From Octopus vulgaris (Eukaryota): DNA of 64,000 nucleotides. Below are positions 1-12,541 of the stretch, piece after piece. Location: contig OX597814.1 in NCBI GenBank assembly GCA_951406725.2, forward strand, positions 178,808,001-178,872,000, read 5' to 3'. The translations under genes were made by a program, and so were the position numbers. The notes beneath the pieces were generated by a model. The model did no database searches and was not told the DNA's origin. It was given only the letters and a program-made list of their open reading frames with translations. Numbering within the stretch: the stretch's first letter is position 1; every line of letters begins with the position of its first letter.

Positions 1-15
1 CATGTTCATTTTCAG

Positions 16-117
16 AATTCAAATCCTACCATGACCTACACAGATGATAGTCTTAATCGTTCGCCTTATTTAACAGCACTTTCTGATATCTGGGGTAATT
101 TTTACGCAACCTTCTTT
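16..117 (+). CDS. Candidate internal exon (phase 0-0) of an unidentified gene, NSNPTMTYTDDSLNRSPYLTALSDIWGNFYATFF
   Basis: Acceptor ttcattttcag at 5-15, 102-nt open frame, strong donor gtaagt at 118; non-repetitive sequence. No family recognised. Confidence 0.3.
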
Positions 118-314
118 GTAAGTGTTATGGTAAGATGTCCGGTGAGACAAGAGGTTCCTCCCTCTCACGCGAGAACCAGTCACGGCGTTCCAATAAAAGA
201 TGTATTACATTGTCTTCTATGCTGATTAAATGTTTTTAAATATGTATTCTTAACACAAGGGTGTGGTGATGATATATTGATGTTAATGTCTTCTCGATCA
301 AGTTTGCTCTAGAA

Positions 315-483
315 CAGTCATAGGCAAACCACTGCTCGCGGTACATTTTGAAAGGCACGTCTAACAACAAATTACTCTGAACTTTTAGTCGTGCGGAATA
401 CCTGATGACGAACAATGACTTATGTTCCCGCTTCTCGAAAAAAAATTGCGCATGGCTCTTCAAGAGTTAAAATGTTACTGCAC
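315..483. mobile_element. Degenerate hAT-like MITE remnant
   Basis: Starts cagtcataggcaaaccactgctcgcgg and ends ...catggctcttcaagagttaaaatgttactgcac, resembling hAT/Charlie MITE termini; highly diverged. Confidence 0.25.
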
Positions 484-931
484 AATTGTTACCCAAATCG
501 ACAAAACTTCAATATAAATTATGTTTACATTGCAAACACACAGCAAAAAAAAAGTGAATAAAGCATCTATTTATGGGTCTTGACTCGTAAGTATATCACG
601 CTGTCTTTTCATACACCGTTCTAAACCCTGACAGTGGTCCATTTGCACTGTTTACTTTATGGTATATGTGAATATGATGCCTATTATCATTCATATTCAA
701 CAGCTAGCTGTAAATGTATGTGTTCAGTATAAGGACTTCATGTAAGGCAAATAGAATACAAATAAATTAATAATATTTATAATAGCTGCAGGTGAAAATT
801 TACGTATGTTACGAATATTCCCATAGCTTATATTCAAACACAACATTCATTCACAACATTCATAGATATAGAAGCTCGGTGATTACATTGGTTACTTGAC
901 ACACATAAACACATACACACACACACATACA

Positions 932-971
<40 letters not shown>

Positions 972-1066
972 CTCTCTCTCTCTCTCTTTCTCTGGTACCC
1001 ATAACATATATATCCTTACCTCTCATTCATAGTCGTGTATGTATTATGTTTGCATGTATGTATGTA

Positions 1067-1131
<65 letters not shown>

Positions 1132-1606
1132 ATAGATATAGATATATATTTATATATGTATACATACAAACATACAATTACGTGTGAAGGTAGTTGCGTG
1201 TGTATGCGCGCAATAGATGTACGTACAGTTTCGATATATCTCGTTCTAAAAAAAATATTGATCACTTGAGACTACCGAAGAATTAAATTTTTGCAGTATT
1301 GTGTAGTCGTGCAGTGGAATCGAATCCGTAACAATTTTACGCATGCATCGTTTTCTTTTATTATCCTTATCGACAAAATAGAATGACGGTTAACATTTTA
1401 CAAAATGGAATAAGCAGAACAAGAGGAGACACCTGGGACAGAGAGTCGTTGAAGAGGTCACATAATGTGTGGCGGAATATTGTCGACAAAGTGAAGAACA
1501 GGTATATAGTACTTGATTTAATTGGCAAAATATGACCACACCCAAGTTGAACAATATGCGTTTCAACATATGGTTTCATCTCAAGAATCTTGCTAATCAA
1601 ATACAT

Positions 1607-1880
1607 AAAAAGAGATAGGAGAGAGGGGGAGATGAAGACGAGGGAGATAGGGGGAGAAGAGAGATGGGGAGAGGGAGATAGGGGGAGACGGAGGCAGAGA
1701 GAGGGGAGAGGGAGAGAAGGGGAAGAGGGGGAGAGGGAGAGATGGGGAGAGGGAGAGACGGGAAGAGGGGGGTGCGAGAAATATGAAGAGGGGGAGAGGG
1801 GGATGGAGTAGGGGAGAAGGAGAGAAAGGAGTGGGTGAGGGAGATGGATAGTGAGAGAGACAGAAGGAGAGAGAGAGAGT
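1607..1880 (+). repeat. Polypurine (GA/GGAGA) low-complexity tract
   Basis: About 270 bp almost entirely G/A on the + strand. Confidence 0.9.
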
Positions 1881-2169
1881 GAATTCTCAATATAGAAAAC
1901 GCTCAAATAATTTGAAATTACATTCCGAAACTGTTACCGAAGTCCAAGTCCCTGGAATAAAGAGTGGCTATAAGAGGAATCCAGGGGAGTAGACATGTAG
2001 ATAATGATGCAAATAAATAAATGAATGAATGAATGAATAAATAAATAAATAATTAAAAGTGATTGGATCAGATATAACACGATATGTAAATGCAAATAGA
2101 GAGAAAGCAAAAAAGTTTTAGATGATGAACATATAGATATTTACGTACCAACACGACAAACTAGCACAG

Positions 2170-2700
2170 AGTACAACGACATCAGAAATCACAGGGGAGA
2201 AAGTGTAGTGTTACAAGTTTGACAGCTGTTTCTACGGACTCAGAGAAGTAGAAGTAGAGGTACAAGTAGAGAGTTGGAAGATAAGTGAGGCACCCTCGTA
2301 CATCACTAACCTCTGCGTATGTGAATTGTATGTAAGGGAATGGCTCACCATTCTTCGCAACGACAGCTCGCATTACTGAATATATTATCAGATGTAATCC
2401 TCTCATACAAACACAGATCCTACTCATCGTTTACCCACTATGTTAAATCTATGTAATTCCCTAATTACCGTTAACCTTAAATACCATAAACCTTAAGTTG
2501 CAACATAGTCGCACTAGTAACATATCTCTTCCACTAACATCACACCCTCCACTAAATATTCCTTCTTATGATTACCTTTCCACATTCGTCTTACCAATCA
2601 CATCCATCCTTCCCCTTTACATACAAGCACCTCATCCTGATTCTTTCGATTCTTTCCTCAACTTCTTAGCACTACCTACTACTGCCTTCGCCACCAACTT
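2170..2700 (-). mobile_element. Degenerate PLE 3'-end remnant with a partial hammerhead
   Basis: Minus strand reads ...gtccgtaGAAACAGCTGTCaaac (about 2217-2245), the 3' half of a PLE minimal HHR with palindromic stem III; the CUGANGA half is not recognisable. Confidence 0.35.
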
Positions 2701-2755
2701 ATCCACCCCTCTCTCTCTCTCTCCCTCTGTCCACCTCCCTTTATGTATATGTCTG

Positions 2756-3130
2756 TTTAGGGCTAAAGCACTAGGTGGGTAACCATGAGCTAGAAGAAGA
2801 TCACATACGATCTAACTACGAAGAAAGAATGTTCTCCATAGAAAATTAAGCGAACACCAGAACGATTAATTCTTGATCTTTATATTATTTTCATCTGTCT
2901 TGCTCGCTTATGTTCGCTGAATTTTCTCTAGAGAACATACTTTCTTTGCAGTTAGATCGTATGTGATCTTCTTCTAGTGTATGGTTATCCACCCATTGGT
3001 TTAGCCCTAAATATACACATATATTGAAATTTTTTCTGATTTTCACATTTTTTATATGCTAGGCTACTGGTTTTAAATTGATATTAATTAAATTAATATT
3101 CAATTTATTTCCCTCATTATTTAAATGTTA
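2756..3130 (+). mobile_element. Fold-back PLE-like terminal insertion (HHR-less family)
   Basis: Diverged inverted arms 2756-2856 / 2911-3011, unique 3' tail 3012-3130 similar to the tail at 52371-52470, then (TA)n. Confidence 0.65.
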
Positions 3131-3373
3131 TATATATACATATATATATATATGGTGGGTGAGTGTATGTATGTATGTATGTATGTATGTAAGTGTGTGT
3201 GTATATGTATGTATACACACATATATATATATATATATAATTATATATAACTCTTCACTTATTTTACAAAAGAAAGTCTAACAAATCACTAAATTTGCAT
3301 GCTACGTTTAATCTGGTTAACTACATTCCCACTTCACTAAAGCTACATACTGTCGCCTTAGGTTATGTAAAAA

Positions 3374-3603
3374 GGCGGCGAGCTGGCAGAAACGTTAGCA
3401 CGCCAGGCGAAATACGTAGCGGTATTTCGTCTGCGATATGTTCTGAGTTCAAATTCCGCCGAGGTCGACTTTGCCTTTCATCCTTTCGGGGTCGATTAAA
3501 TAAGTACCAGTTACGCACTAGGGTCGATATAATCGACTTAGTCCGTTTGTCTGTCCTTGTTTGTCCCCTCTGTATGTAGCCTCTTGTGGGCAGTAAAGAA
3601 ATA
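3374..3603 (+). mobile_element. tRNA-derived SINE family A, full length
   Basis: Head ggcggcgagctggcagaaacgttagc, B-box-like gagttcaaattcc, central ctttcatcctttcggggtcgat, tail ...aagaaata; TSD ggttatgt(a/g)aaa at 3361-3372 / 3604-3615; several other copies in the window. Confidence 0.9.
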
Positions 3604-3789
3604 GGTTATGTGAAACCTGACAACTTTTTGTTTTGCAACGTATAAAACTACTGAAAATGACGGAGAGTTTTAAGATGTCGCCGGAAAGTTTATAACGAAA
3701 TAATCGAAGTAGGGTGACTTCGTCCTAATTTACCTTGTATGTATGCATATGTAAATTTCCACACACACACACACAGACACATTTATACA

Positions 3790-3823
<34 letters not shown>

Positions 3824-3966
3824 GTATTTTATTTGTATGTGTGTTTGTCTGTGTGCATTTATGGCCATATATGTATCTATATTTGTTTGTTTTTCTTCCG
3901 TATATTTGTGTCTTTCACCCTCAGTATATATATGAAAGATATGCAACCCCCTCCATTCTCTATTTT

Positions 3967-4018
<52 letters not shown>

Positions 4019-5196
4019 TACATTCATATATATGTGAATGTTCGTATGTCTATACATATACGTATGTATGTATGTATGTATATATGTATGTATATATGTG
4101 TATATATATATTTGCATGTGTTTATACACACTCATATAAACACACATATGTATATATAACTTACAGGTCTACTGATCTAACCAAAGTTAATTCACATATA
4201 ATAGTAAAACTTCTCAGCATTTACATTAGTAATACTTCAAATAAGTGTTTCGCATGCCTATACATAAACTATTTCACTTAACGTATGAATGGAAGATAAA
4301 AATCACAGTTTTTATTTATCGTATTCATCGGCTATTCCGATTGTTGGAAACAGGCATACAACATAAAGGTCTTTTAAAACCCTATGACAAATATTTCCGT
4401 GCTAATTTAACACGCATTAGTTTCTAATGAAAATTCATTATTGTGCATTTATGAAATCTGAGTACACTTACAAGGCATGGAAAAATTATCTAGAATGTTT
4501 GTGGCTTCTTTGTAATCGATTGAAAAAAATGCTCATTATTCTCCTATACCCTGACCAAATGAGTTGTCAACTCTAATGTCAAAAGGATTTATTCAATTAC
4601 ATAGGTTCCAGGCGATTTCTCGTTACATGCCAGTGGTTCTATTTACCATGAATCAACGGAAAAACGAACATTAGCGATTTTAACTTACCTTAATGGAAAA
4701 CTGATATAGTGGTTCGATATGTTATGATCAGTATTATGTCGTGTTTTATATACATGCGATGAATAGCAGAACATTACTAGGGACCTGCATTTTTGTGAAT
4801 TTCTGATTTATAATTTTTTTTTTCTTCTAAATGTAAAAGTATGAAATAATATTGATGCTTCTTGTGTAGAAGCGTAACGAAAGGATCTAGACACGAAAAT
4901 AATGATGATGCTGCTAGTAGGTCGTAGATATTCCAAACTTACCTTCAAACATACACCCACTCATCAGTACAATTTAGCCTGAATTTACTCATATACTTAC
5001 TTCAGCACACGCACAGACTAAACAGAATAATTATATATTCATATATACACATTTATTCTTAACTTGTTTCCATAACAGAACATTTGTTGAGGCGAGGACT
5101 TGATACTGACAGGTGAATCACGTATATTATGAAGCTAGTTTTGATGAGGACTTGGCGGTATACTCGATCAGATAAATAAGCATCTCTCTCCCTCTC

Positions 5197-5236
<40 letters not shown>

Positions 5237-5366
5237 TTCAGCAAAAATTTAGATTCAAATGAATATGGTAATTAATTTAGATGCACCAGAAGTTCGTATG
5301 GTGTTATCCATAAAAATTTGTGGGGTGATTATGATCAAAATAAGCAACAACAATGACTCCGGTAGT

Positions 5367-5452
5367 TTGGTACAATCGTTTCGTACTACATCATTTTATT
5401 AAATGTTGTAAGTTTTACAACAGATTTAAGATGCTGAGTACTCATCAGCCAA
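5367..5452 (-). ncRNA. Type I hammerhead ribozyme (PLE minimal type, long stem II)
   Basis: Minus strand: uugg CUGAUGA guac...(~55 nt hairpin)...guac GAAA cgauug UA ccaa; core intact, GUA cleavage triplet. Confidence 0.8.
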
Positions 5453-5819
5453 TTATAGAGGTTTTCCATTAATACAAATGTTTTCAAATCAAGTGGCAAC
5501 ATTATAGAGAAGGTAGATATACAGACAAAGATGTAGATTTAAATTTTAAGAACATATAACGTAGTGAATTCCTTCCACTGACTGACCAAGTCATGCTTAC
5601 TATACTACATTTATACATTTTCACCTAAAACTCCCCTCCTGCACTTCGCTGTAGCATGTTTTACTCAGGCGGTACCTTTCTATCTACTTTCCCTTAGAAA
5701 TCCTTCACTATCTCATATGTTCTTAAAATTAAAATCTACATCTCTGTCTGTATATCTACCTTCTCTATAATGTTGCCACTTGATTTGAACATTCTTGTAT
5801 TAATGGAAAGCCTCTATAA

Positions 5820-5905
5820 TTGGCTGATGAGTACTCAGCATCTTAAATCTGTTGTGATGCTTACAACATTTAATAAAATGATGTAGTACGAAGCGATTGT
5901 ACCAA
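5820..5905 (+). ncRNA. Inverted copy of the same hammerhead, core mutated (GAAA>GAAG)
   Basis: ttgg CTGATGA gtac...gtac GAAG cgattg TA ccaa. Confidence 0.65.
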
Positions 5906-5937
5906 ATTACCGGAGTGATTCTTGTTGCTTATCTTGA

Positions 5938-5979
<42 letters not shown>

Positions 5980-6081
5980 TCAGGGTGAGTACTTGATAAT
6001 TGTAAGCACCTGTATATACCGTTTGGTGGTGTAGGTGGTGGAGTAAATCAATCAAAATAAAAACATGATGCCAAGGATTCA

Positions 6082-6159
6082 GTGGTACATATGTTTCGGG
6101 CCTTTATTAGACGGATTTATAACAATGCATAATGTGTGTCTGTGGCCTTCTTCAGCCGC
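6082..6159 (-). ncRNA. Type I hammerhead ribozyme
   Basis: Minus strand: gcgg CUGAAGA aggcc...ggccc GAAA cauaug UA ccac; stem III ACAUAUGU is a perfect palindrome. Confidence 0.8.
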
Positions 6160-6420
6160 GCACAACTACTACCTCAAGGACATGTATTACATCAAAAATT
6201 CCACGTTGGGGATGTCTGTATTTATATATGTATATATTTATTTATTCATTTATTTATATTACCTCAACATCCAAACTTCCTCATTCTACATTGAGAGAAG
6301 GACGAGATGGACGCTTCATTTTTATGCTGTTGCCGCATTATGTCGTACGCGAACGAGAGGATTTGCATCCCCAACGTGGAATTTTTGATGTAATACATGT
6401 CCTTGAGGTAGTAGTTGTGC

Positions 6421-6498
6421 GCGGCTGAAGAAGGCCACAGAAACACATTATGCATTGTTATAAATTCGTCTAATAAAGGCCCGAAACATATGTACCGC
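6421..6498 (+). ncRNA. Type I hammerhead ribozyme (inverted copy, intact)
   Basis: gcgg CTGAAGA aggcc...ggccc GAAA catatg TA ccgc; stem I gcgg/ccgc is perfect. Confidence 0.85.
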
Positions 6499-6534
6499 TG
6501 AATCCTTGGCATCATGTTTTTATTTTGATTAATT

Positions 6535-6568
<34 letters not shown>

Positions 6569-6699
6569 TATATACACATGCACAGTGTATACGGATGTAT
6601 GAGTATGGTGCTTAACCATGTAAATATTATTTGAGTATACTCTCAGTATGTTACAAGTAGACTCACGAATGAATGAAAAGAAATTTATTACAACGAAAA

Positions 6700-7110
6700 A
6701 ATAAAGAAGAAATTAGTTCGGCGTTTCGGAAGAATGGTCTTCGGCGAGAAAGGAGACAGGAAAAGGAATGGTTTTGAAGAGATAACGAAATTGTGAGTGA
6801 TCACAGGGGTACTAAGTGTAGTCTAATGTATGTGTAGTTGGAAAATACGTATCTGGATACTTCGAATGAGGAAAAAATTAGTGTAGTTATATGGAAATGA
6901 GTTGCAAGTGGTTGCAACATGCGAAAACAGTTGTGTTTTAAAGGTTGCTTATTGAGCGGATTTCTAAGGGAAAGTAGACAGAAAGGTACCGCCTGAGTGA
7001 AACATGCTACAGCGAAGTGCAGGAGGAGAGTTGTAGGTGAAATGTATAAATTAAGTATAGTAAGCATGATTTTTTTGTAATCGAAATGTTGGTTAAAAGT
7101 CAATGAAGGA
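6700..7110 (-). mobile_element. PLE-related fragment sharing sequence with the spacer of the 5.3-5.9 kb fold-back
   Basis: 6958-7069 is the reverse complement of 5591-5703; degenerate HHR-like ccgaaga...ccgaaacg on the minus strand near 6720-6745. Confidence 0.5.
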
Positions 7111-7160
7111 GCGAATAAGGCTTGAGAGTTTGTACACATAAAAGTACAAACACGTACACT

Positions 7161-7200
<40 letters not shown>

Positions 7201-7482
7201 CATACATACATGCATGCATACCTACCTACCTATCTACATATATACATACATACATCTTTACGTACATACATAAATACATATATATAGTGAAACTATTAAG
7301 TTAATCACAATGGTTGCCGGGAGATAATGGTGTTTGAGTTTAACAGCGAAGGCCACATAGAATGAATATCATAGATTTTTCAAACCACTCATATAAAAAT
7401 GTGGGTAAACTTTGAGATACAATCAGAAAACAATGACTAAAACTGTTGCTGTGCTGCTACTACAGCCACTGCTACTGCAGCC

Positions 7483-8412
7483 ATGAACAAAGTAGCACAA
7501 ATAATTATAAAATATATAAAACATTCCATGAATGAATGGCAGACATTGCTACAACTCCACATAAAAGAGGGACCCATAAAAAACAAAGCCATCTCCAATA
7601 GAAAAGGGATATACCAGGAAAACACGCTCTCTCCACTCCTTTTCTGCTTGGCACTGACACCTTTATCTGACATGAAAACAAAACTGGATGTAGATACAAC
7701 TGTTACGGCAAAGCGATCAGCCGTCTCTTTTATATGGATGATCTAAAGCCGGACGCTACAAATGGTATACATGCGGAAACATTACTACACACAGTACATC
7801 GATTTACCAAAGAAATAAATAGGAACTTTGGCTTAGAAAAATGTGCCAAGTCAAGCATGGAAAGAGGAAAACTAGTCAAGAGTAGCAACATCACACTAGA
7901 TAAACCAAATGAAATAAGAGAATTCGATCAAAGCTAGACATACATATGTTTAGGAATCAATGAACTAAGGACCAACTATGTTAAGTACAAAATACACTAC
8001 CGACAGCGACAAATGCAGAATGTGTAGTGAGAGGGATGAAACGGTATGTCATATCGTTAGAGAATACCGGAAATTGGCACAGCGTCAATACAAAAGACGT
8101 CATGAGAATGTGGAAGGAATGATCCATTGGGACCTCTGTGGTAATCACGGCCTACAAAGAGCAAAGACGTGATATGAGCAAACCCCAGAAGGAGTAATCG
8201 AGAATGGGAATTGCAAAGTTTTGTGGGATGCAATGATTCACCTGACCAGACATCGGAAACTGGACATTGTTGTGGTGAATAAAAAAACGAAAGAACATGC
8301 ATGATAATTGACATAGCATGCCGCGGTGACAATATGATCAATGTGAAAGAAGAAAAAATAAACAAGTATGACGATTTGAAGTGGGAAATATGTAGGTTGT
8401 GGTCAATGAGGA
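7483..8412 (+). mobile_element. R4/Dong-type non-LTR retrotransposon fragment (RT, CCHC zinc knuckle, RLE endonuclease), pseudogenised
   Basis: GIYQENTLSPLLFCLAL, YMDDLK, FGLEKCAK, CRMCSERDETVCHIV, RRHENV, LDIVVVNKK...IIDIAC...KINKYDDLKWEI across frameshifts. Confidence 0.9.
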
Positions 8413-8415
8413 GAT

Positions 8416-8885
8416 AATGGCTTCTGGTATATGTTCGTACCACGTTTTTCCTCTGTCAAGTCCATACTTTTTGGAAAGTGTTCAATGGACAATCCTTGCT
8501 ATATTGTCATGACGTCTCTTATATTCTTTCTGGGCTAGCGGCGTACATCGGCTGGTAATATGCCAAATAGATTTCACTATTTTCTCCACAAATTCTGCAA
8601 ATATCATTCTCTGATGTATTGTCTATTCTGTATTTCATGTATTTTGTTCTTTATGCTTGCTCTTGGTCAGCTCAGATTAGAGCCTCCGTTACCGGTTTAA
8701 AATCAATTTTGGTCATCCAAAGCCATCATTTTTCTCTGTTTGTCTTATCTTCAACATCCCTATGAAACTGTCCATGCATTCTTCATCCATCTTTTTTTAG
8801 TTTCATTCATTCTTGTAGAGTGCTAGAATTTTGCAATCTTCCATCTTACACGGGCCTGACATTCTTACTTCCAAAAATAATGGTT
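8416..8885 (-). mobile_element. Second R4/Dong-type fragment, opposite orientation
   Basis: Minus strand: KPVTEALI*ADQEQA*RTKYMKYRIDNTSENDICRICGENSE and, after frameshifts, KRRHDNIARIVH...WYEH. Confidence 0.8.
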
Positions 8886-8911
8886 CTGTGGCATTTTTAC
8901 ATACCATGCTA

Positions 8912-8976
<65 letters not shown>

Positions 8977-9310
8977 GTTTGACTTTTGCTTTATGTCTGT
9001 ACAAGTTGGCTCCAAGTCTCACCCAGAGACCTCAAGAGACAACAGGTTGGAAGTTCTGTGCCATATATTTGGGGGGGTTTTTTTGGTGTTGTACTAGTGA
9101 ATGTCTAATACATAAAAATAAAAAATAAATTTAAAAAAAAATAAAAAATAGAAATAAATTAAAAAAAAGTTTGTTTTAAACCTTGGGATTACATAGAGAG
9201 TATTTTGCGTAGGATATGAGCAGTTCCCATGAGCACTATCTTTTGAATTTCTGCCATTTTGGGGTTTCCTGTTATCTGAGTTAGGTAGCAATCACACCCT
9301 TTCGCTATCA
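8912..9310 (-). mobile_element. R4/Dong-type 3' end with 3' UTR and (TAA)n tail
   Basis: Minus strand: GNPKMAEIQKIVLMGTAHILRKILSM*, then UTR and (TAA)n at about 8912-8973; a second (TTA)n tract at 9310-9403. Confidence 0.85.
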
Positions 9311-9343
9311 TTATTATTATTATAATTACTATTATTATTATTA

Positions 9344-9406
<63 letters not shown>

Positions 9407-9479
9407 TTTAAAAGGTTTGACGTAACTCTTCACAAAGGTAAATAAACAATACGAACAGTGCGATGCGATTGCAATAGAC

Positions 9480-12260
9480 GTTTTATTGGTTAAAAAATAT
9501 TTCGACAGCTAGCCTGTCTTTGTCGAGTTCAAAATGAAAAGTGATAGATACATAAAATTCAAAGTTATAGAAATTCAAATCCAAAATATGAACGAAGGCA
9601 ACCAGCATTTCTACGTTGATGGAATGACATCAGCAGTTTTCAATTTTCTAGTTTACACCTCTCAAAAAGAGAAAAAGAAGAAATGCCAAGTAAATAGAAA
9701 GGAAAAAGAATATTCAGTCAAACAGTTTTGTGAATGTATGATGGAATTTTTCTGTCACTTTATGCATTCCACTAGGGGATAATGTTAATAACTCGCAAGC
9801 ATATTTCTTCAATGCATTTTGAGTTCTGACAGTATAGCAGATTCAGAATATTTTCTGAGAATATGCACTTTCAAGTCTCTTTCCAAATTGCACCCATTTG
9901 ATTCAAAATGTTCAGGGATTTCTGTCGAACTGCTTGTTGTTATTGTGCCTGAGGTTACATCTATGCTATTGAATCTTGTTTAATTGTACCTATTTCTTTA
10001 TTACCCACAAGGGGCTAAACATAGAGGGAACAAACAAGGACAGACATAGGTATTAAGTCGATTACATCGACCCCAGTGCGTAACTGGTACTTAATTTATC
10101 GAACCGAAAGGTTAAAAGGCAAAGTCGACCTCGGCGGAATTTGAACTCAGAACGTAATGGCAGGCGAAATACCGCTAAGCATTTCGTCCGACGTGCTAAC
10201 GGTTCTGCCAGTTCGCCGCCCTTGTTTAATTGTACCGTTGTACAACCAAGATAAATCAAGTTGGGTTTCCGGCATACTACTGCGTACACCAAAATGGAAA
10301 ACTCTACACGTCCAAACTCCTGTGTAAATGATAGCACTTTTGTTATGATTCATGATGGAATTCACATGACTCATGTTGTTGCACATTGAACAAGGCTTAC
10401 CTCTATTGCCGCTGTTTTTTTAAGGTACAGTGTTCAAAAACACCAATGTTAGTTTTCTTGGAGTCAGAAATAGAGGTTAATAGTTCTCTAATATTTTTAT
10501 CCCATTTAAAGGCTACAATAGGCAGCTGAGAAAAAATTTGCTTAAAACGAGAATATTTTCCGCAACATGCTGCAATCGAATTTTCTGTTCCAGTTAATCA
10601 CTAATGGAATTCTATCACACATAATACTGTGTTTGCTAAGTTATGCGTGAAAGTTTGACTCCCTTTGCTAATCTTAGCTATGTCATTTGCTATTACCTTT
10701 AATCTCGGTTTACTGCAACCGCGTTTTACATAATGGTGTACAAAAGTATTTGTATGTTTCTAGTAATCCCCTATGTCAGCACAAATCTTTATCCTCAAAA
10801 ATTAGGATTTCAGATTCGACCGAATTATATGATGTAGATAATAGGAGCGGCGGTGGAGGTAATTGTGAGATGATGTGGGCTTGCAAAATAACTCTGTCAC
10901 TATTCTGCCTGCAAAAAACTTAACTTTTGTGTCCACAAATTCAACGCTAGTTTTTGAAAAACTGGACGTAAATTTTATGTTGGATTTAAAACCATAGCTT
11001 TTAGCATAACAGTCACAGAATCACAGAAATGCAAGAATTCAATTAAACTATCCGGTGATCCCTCCTACACAAAAAAGATGTCATCAGTGAACCGTGACCA
11101 GAGTATTGGTTCATGACCATGTAGGGATTTGAATGTCTTCAGTAATTGTTTCACATTTCGTTATGAAGACATTAGCGAAATTAAATGCTATGGGGGCACC
11201 CATAGCGCAACTCATTGCTTCATTGTGTTACTTTGTAACACAAATCTCAATAGCTAACTGAGAAAAATGGATGGAATACATTTGTTTGAACCTTTTTCGA
11301 AGGCATTCATGCATACCTCTACCCCATCGTCGTGGTCAGTATTGGGATATATGGAAGAAACATCCATGGTTACCAAATACAACAAACAACTGTTTCGACA
11401 TGGCTTCCGTGTTTCAAAAGGTTTTTGATTTAAAAACAATATCAGAAGAATCCTGAATATAAAAACAGGGAGTAGGAAGCCATCCAGCCACTCCGTCCGA
11501 AAAGATGGCTGTACAACGTTCATATCCGCTGCAAGTTGGGTGCATTGAAGGAAATCTTTCGAACTTTTTTTGTATTTTGGGGAGGTGTTCTACTTTTTGA
11601 CTGAAAAATCCTGGAATCGTCCTCAATAACGAAATTCTTTTCCTCCATTTCTATAATTATTTCATCAAGTTCCTCTCTGTAAATTGGGTTTCGATCGACA
11701 GGTAATTCTTCATATAAGGCATAAGTTTTGTCACTTAAAACTTCACAAGCTGCAATATACTCGCCTTTGTCCATAATGACAGTAGCGCCTCATTTATCCG
11801 CCATTTTAATAAGAAAGGAATCATTATTAGCTAGGCGGTAGAGTGCGTAACGTTGGAAATTTGTGAGGTTATTCCAGGACTTCCTTCCACTTAATTTAAG
11901 GCTTTCTCTAATTCCTGTCTAACAAGATTCAAGAAATTCCAGAAGTGCTTGTGAACGTCCATCCTGAACTTCTGGTTACCAATTGGGATACTTTTCAATC
12001 CAATTTTGCCAGATTCGATCACTATCATTTTTATTTTCTGTCAGCATAGGGTTTCTGATTCCTCGTGATCAATTTTTTCAGAAAAAATATGCCTTCAGCT
12101 TGTGAAGTCAGACAAATTAAAATAGCCCTTGAGCTAGTTTATTTTTGTCGAAATCCTTAGTGCGTGGGCAGCCCATGCCCCAAGACAGAGATCATCGGGT
12201 GAAAGTTTTATTTTAGATAAATATATGACCGAGTTATTCTCTAGTGTGATGGATATTCTT
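9480..12260 (-). mobile_element. Near full-length decayed Penelope-like element (RT + C-terminal GIY-YIG), interrupted by a SINE
   Basis: Colinear motifs across stops and frameshifts: LIKMADK*GATVIMDKGEYI, LVTMDVSSIYPN, AMGAP, WSRFTDDIFF, VEFVDTKV, KPTSSHNYLH, IPLVINW, PIVAFKWDKNIRELL, CSMC, VYAVVCRKPNLIYLGCT (GIY-YIG), IPEHF, TLSPSGMH; degenerate HHR ctcgacaaagacag..ctgtcgaaa and aataaa at about 9482-9528. Confidence 0.92.
9991..10220 (-). mobile_element. SINE family A inserted in the PLE GIY-YIG region
   Basis: Full-length copy with perfect 16-bp TSD cttgtttaattgtacc at 9975-9990 and 10221-10236. Confidence 0.95.
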
Positions 12261-12373
12261 GGGAAAATATTTTCAGTTTTGCTTCCATTAGATTCCTGAA
12301 TACCTTTTGGGCTTTGCTCGAAATCTCCACTTAAACCATGGAAAATATTGGGTGATAAAATGTGTCCTGCATG

Positions 12374-12490
<117 letters not shown>

Positions 12491-12541
12491 TGAATATACA
12501 CTCAAGGGATTAGACAGTTGGAAAAGAAAAGAATCGTAACA

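Larger units (their letters stand above)
5236..5937 (-). mobile_element. Fold-back PLE terminal insertion with a hammerhead pair
   Basis: Inverted arms 5335-5568 / 5704-5937, unique tail 5236-5334, (TA)n on both sides. Confidence 0.8.
5975..6536 (-). mobile_element. Second fold-back PLE terminal insertion with a hammerhead pair (different family)
   Basis: Near-identical inverted arms 6044-6214 / 6366-6536, unique tail 5975-6043, flanked by (TA)n. Confidence 0.85.

Noticed and set aside
2789-2820. ctagaagaagatc...gatctaac as a hammerhead
   Set aside because: Both core motifs are broken, and it lies antisense to the element orientation inferred from the tail.
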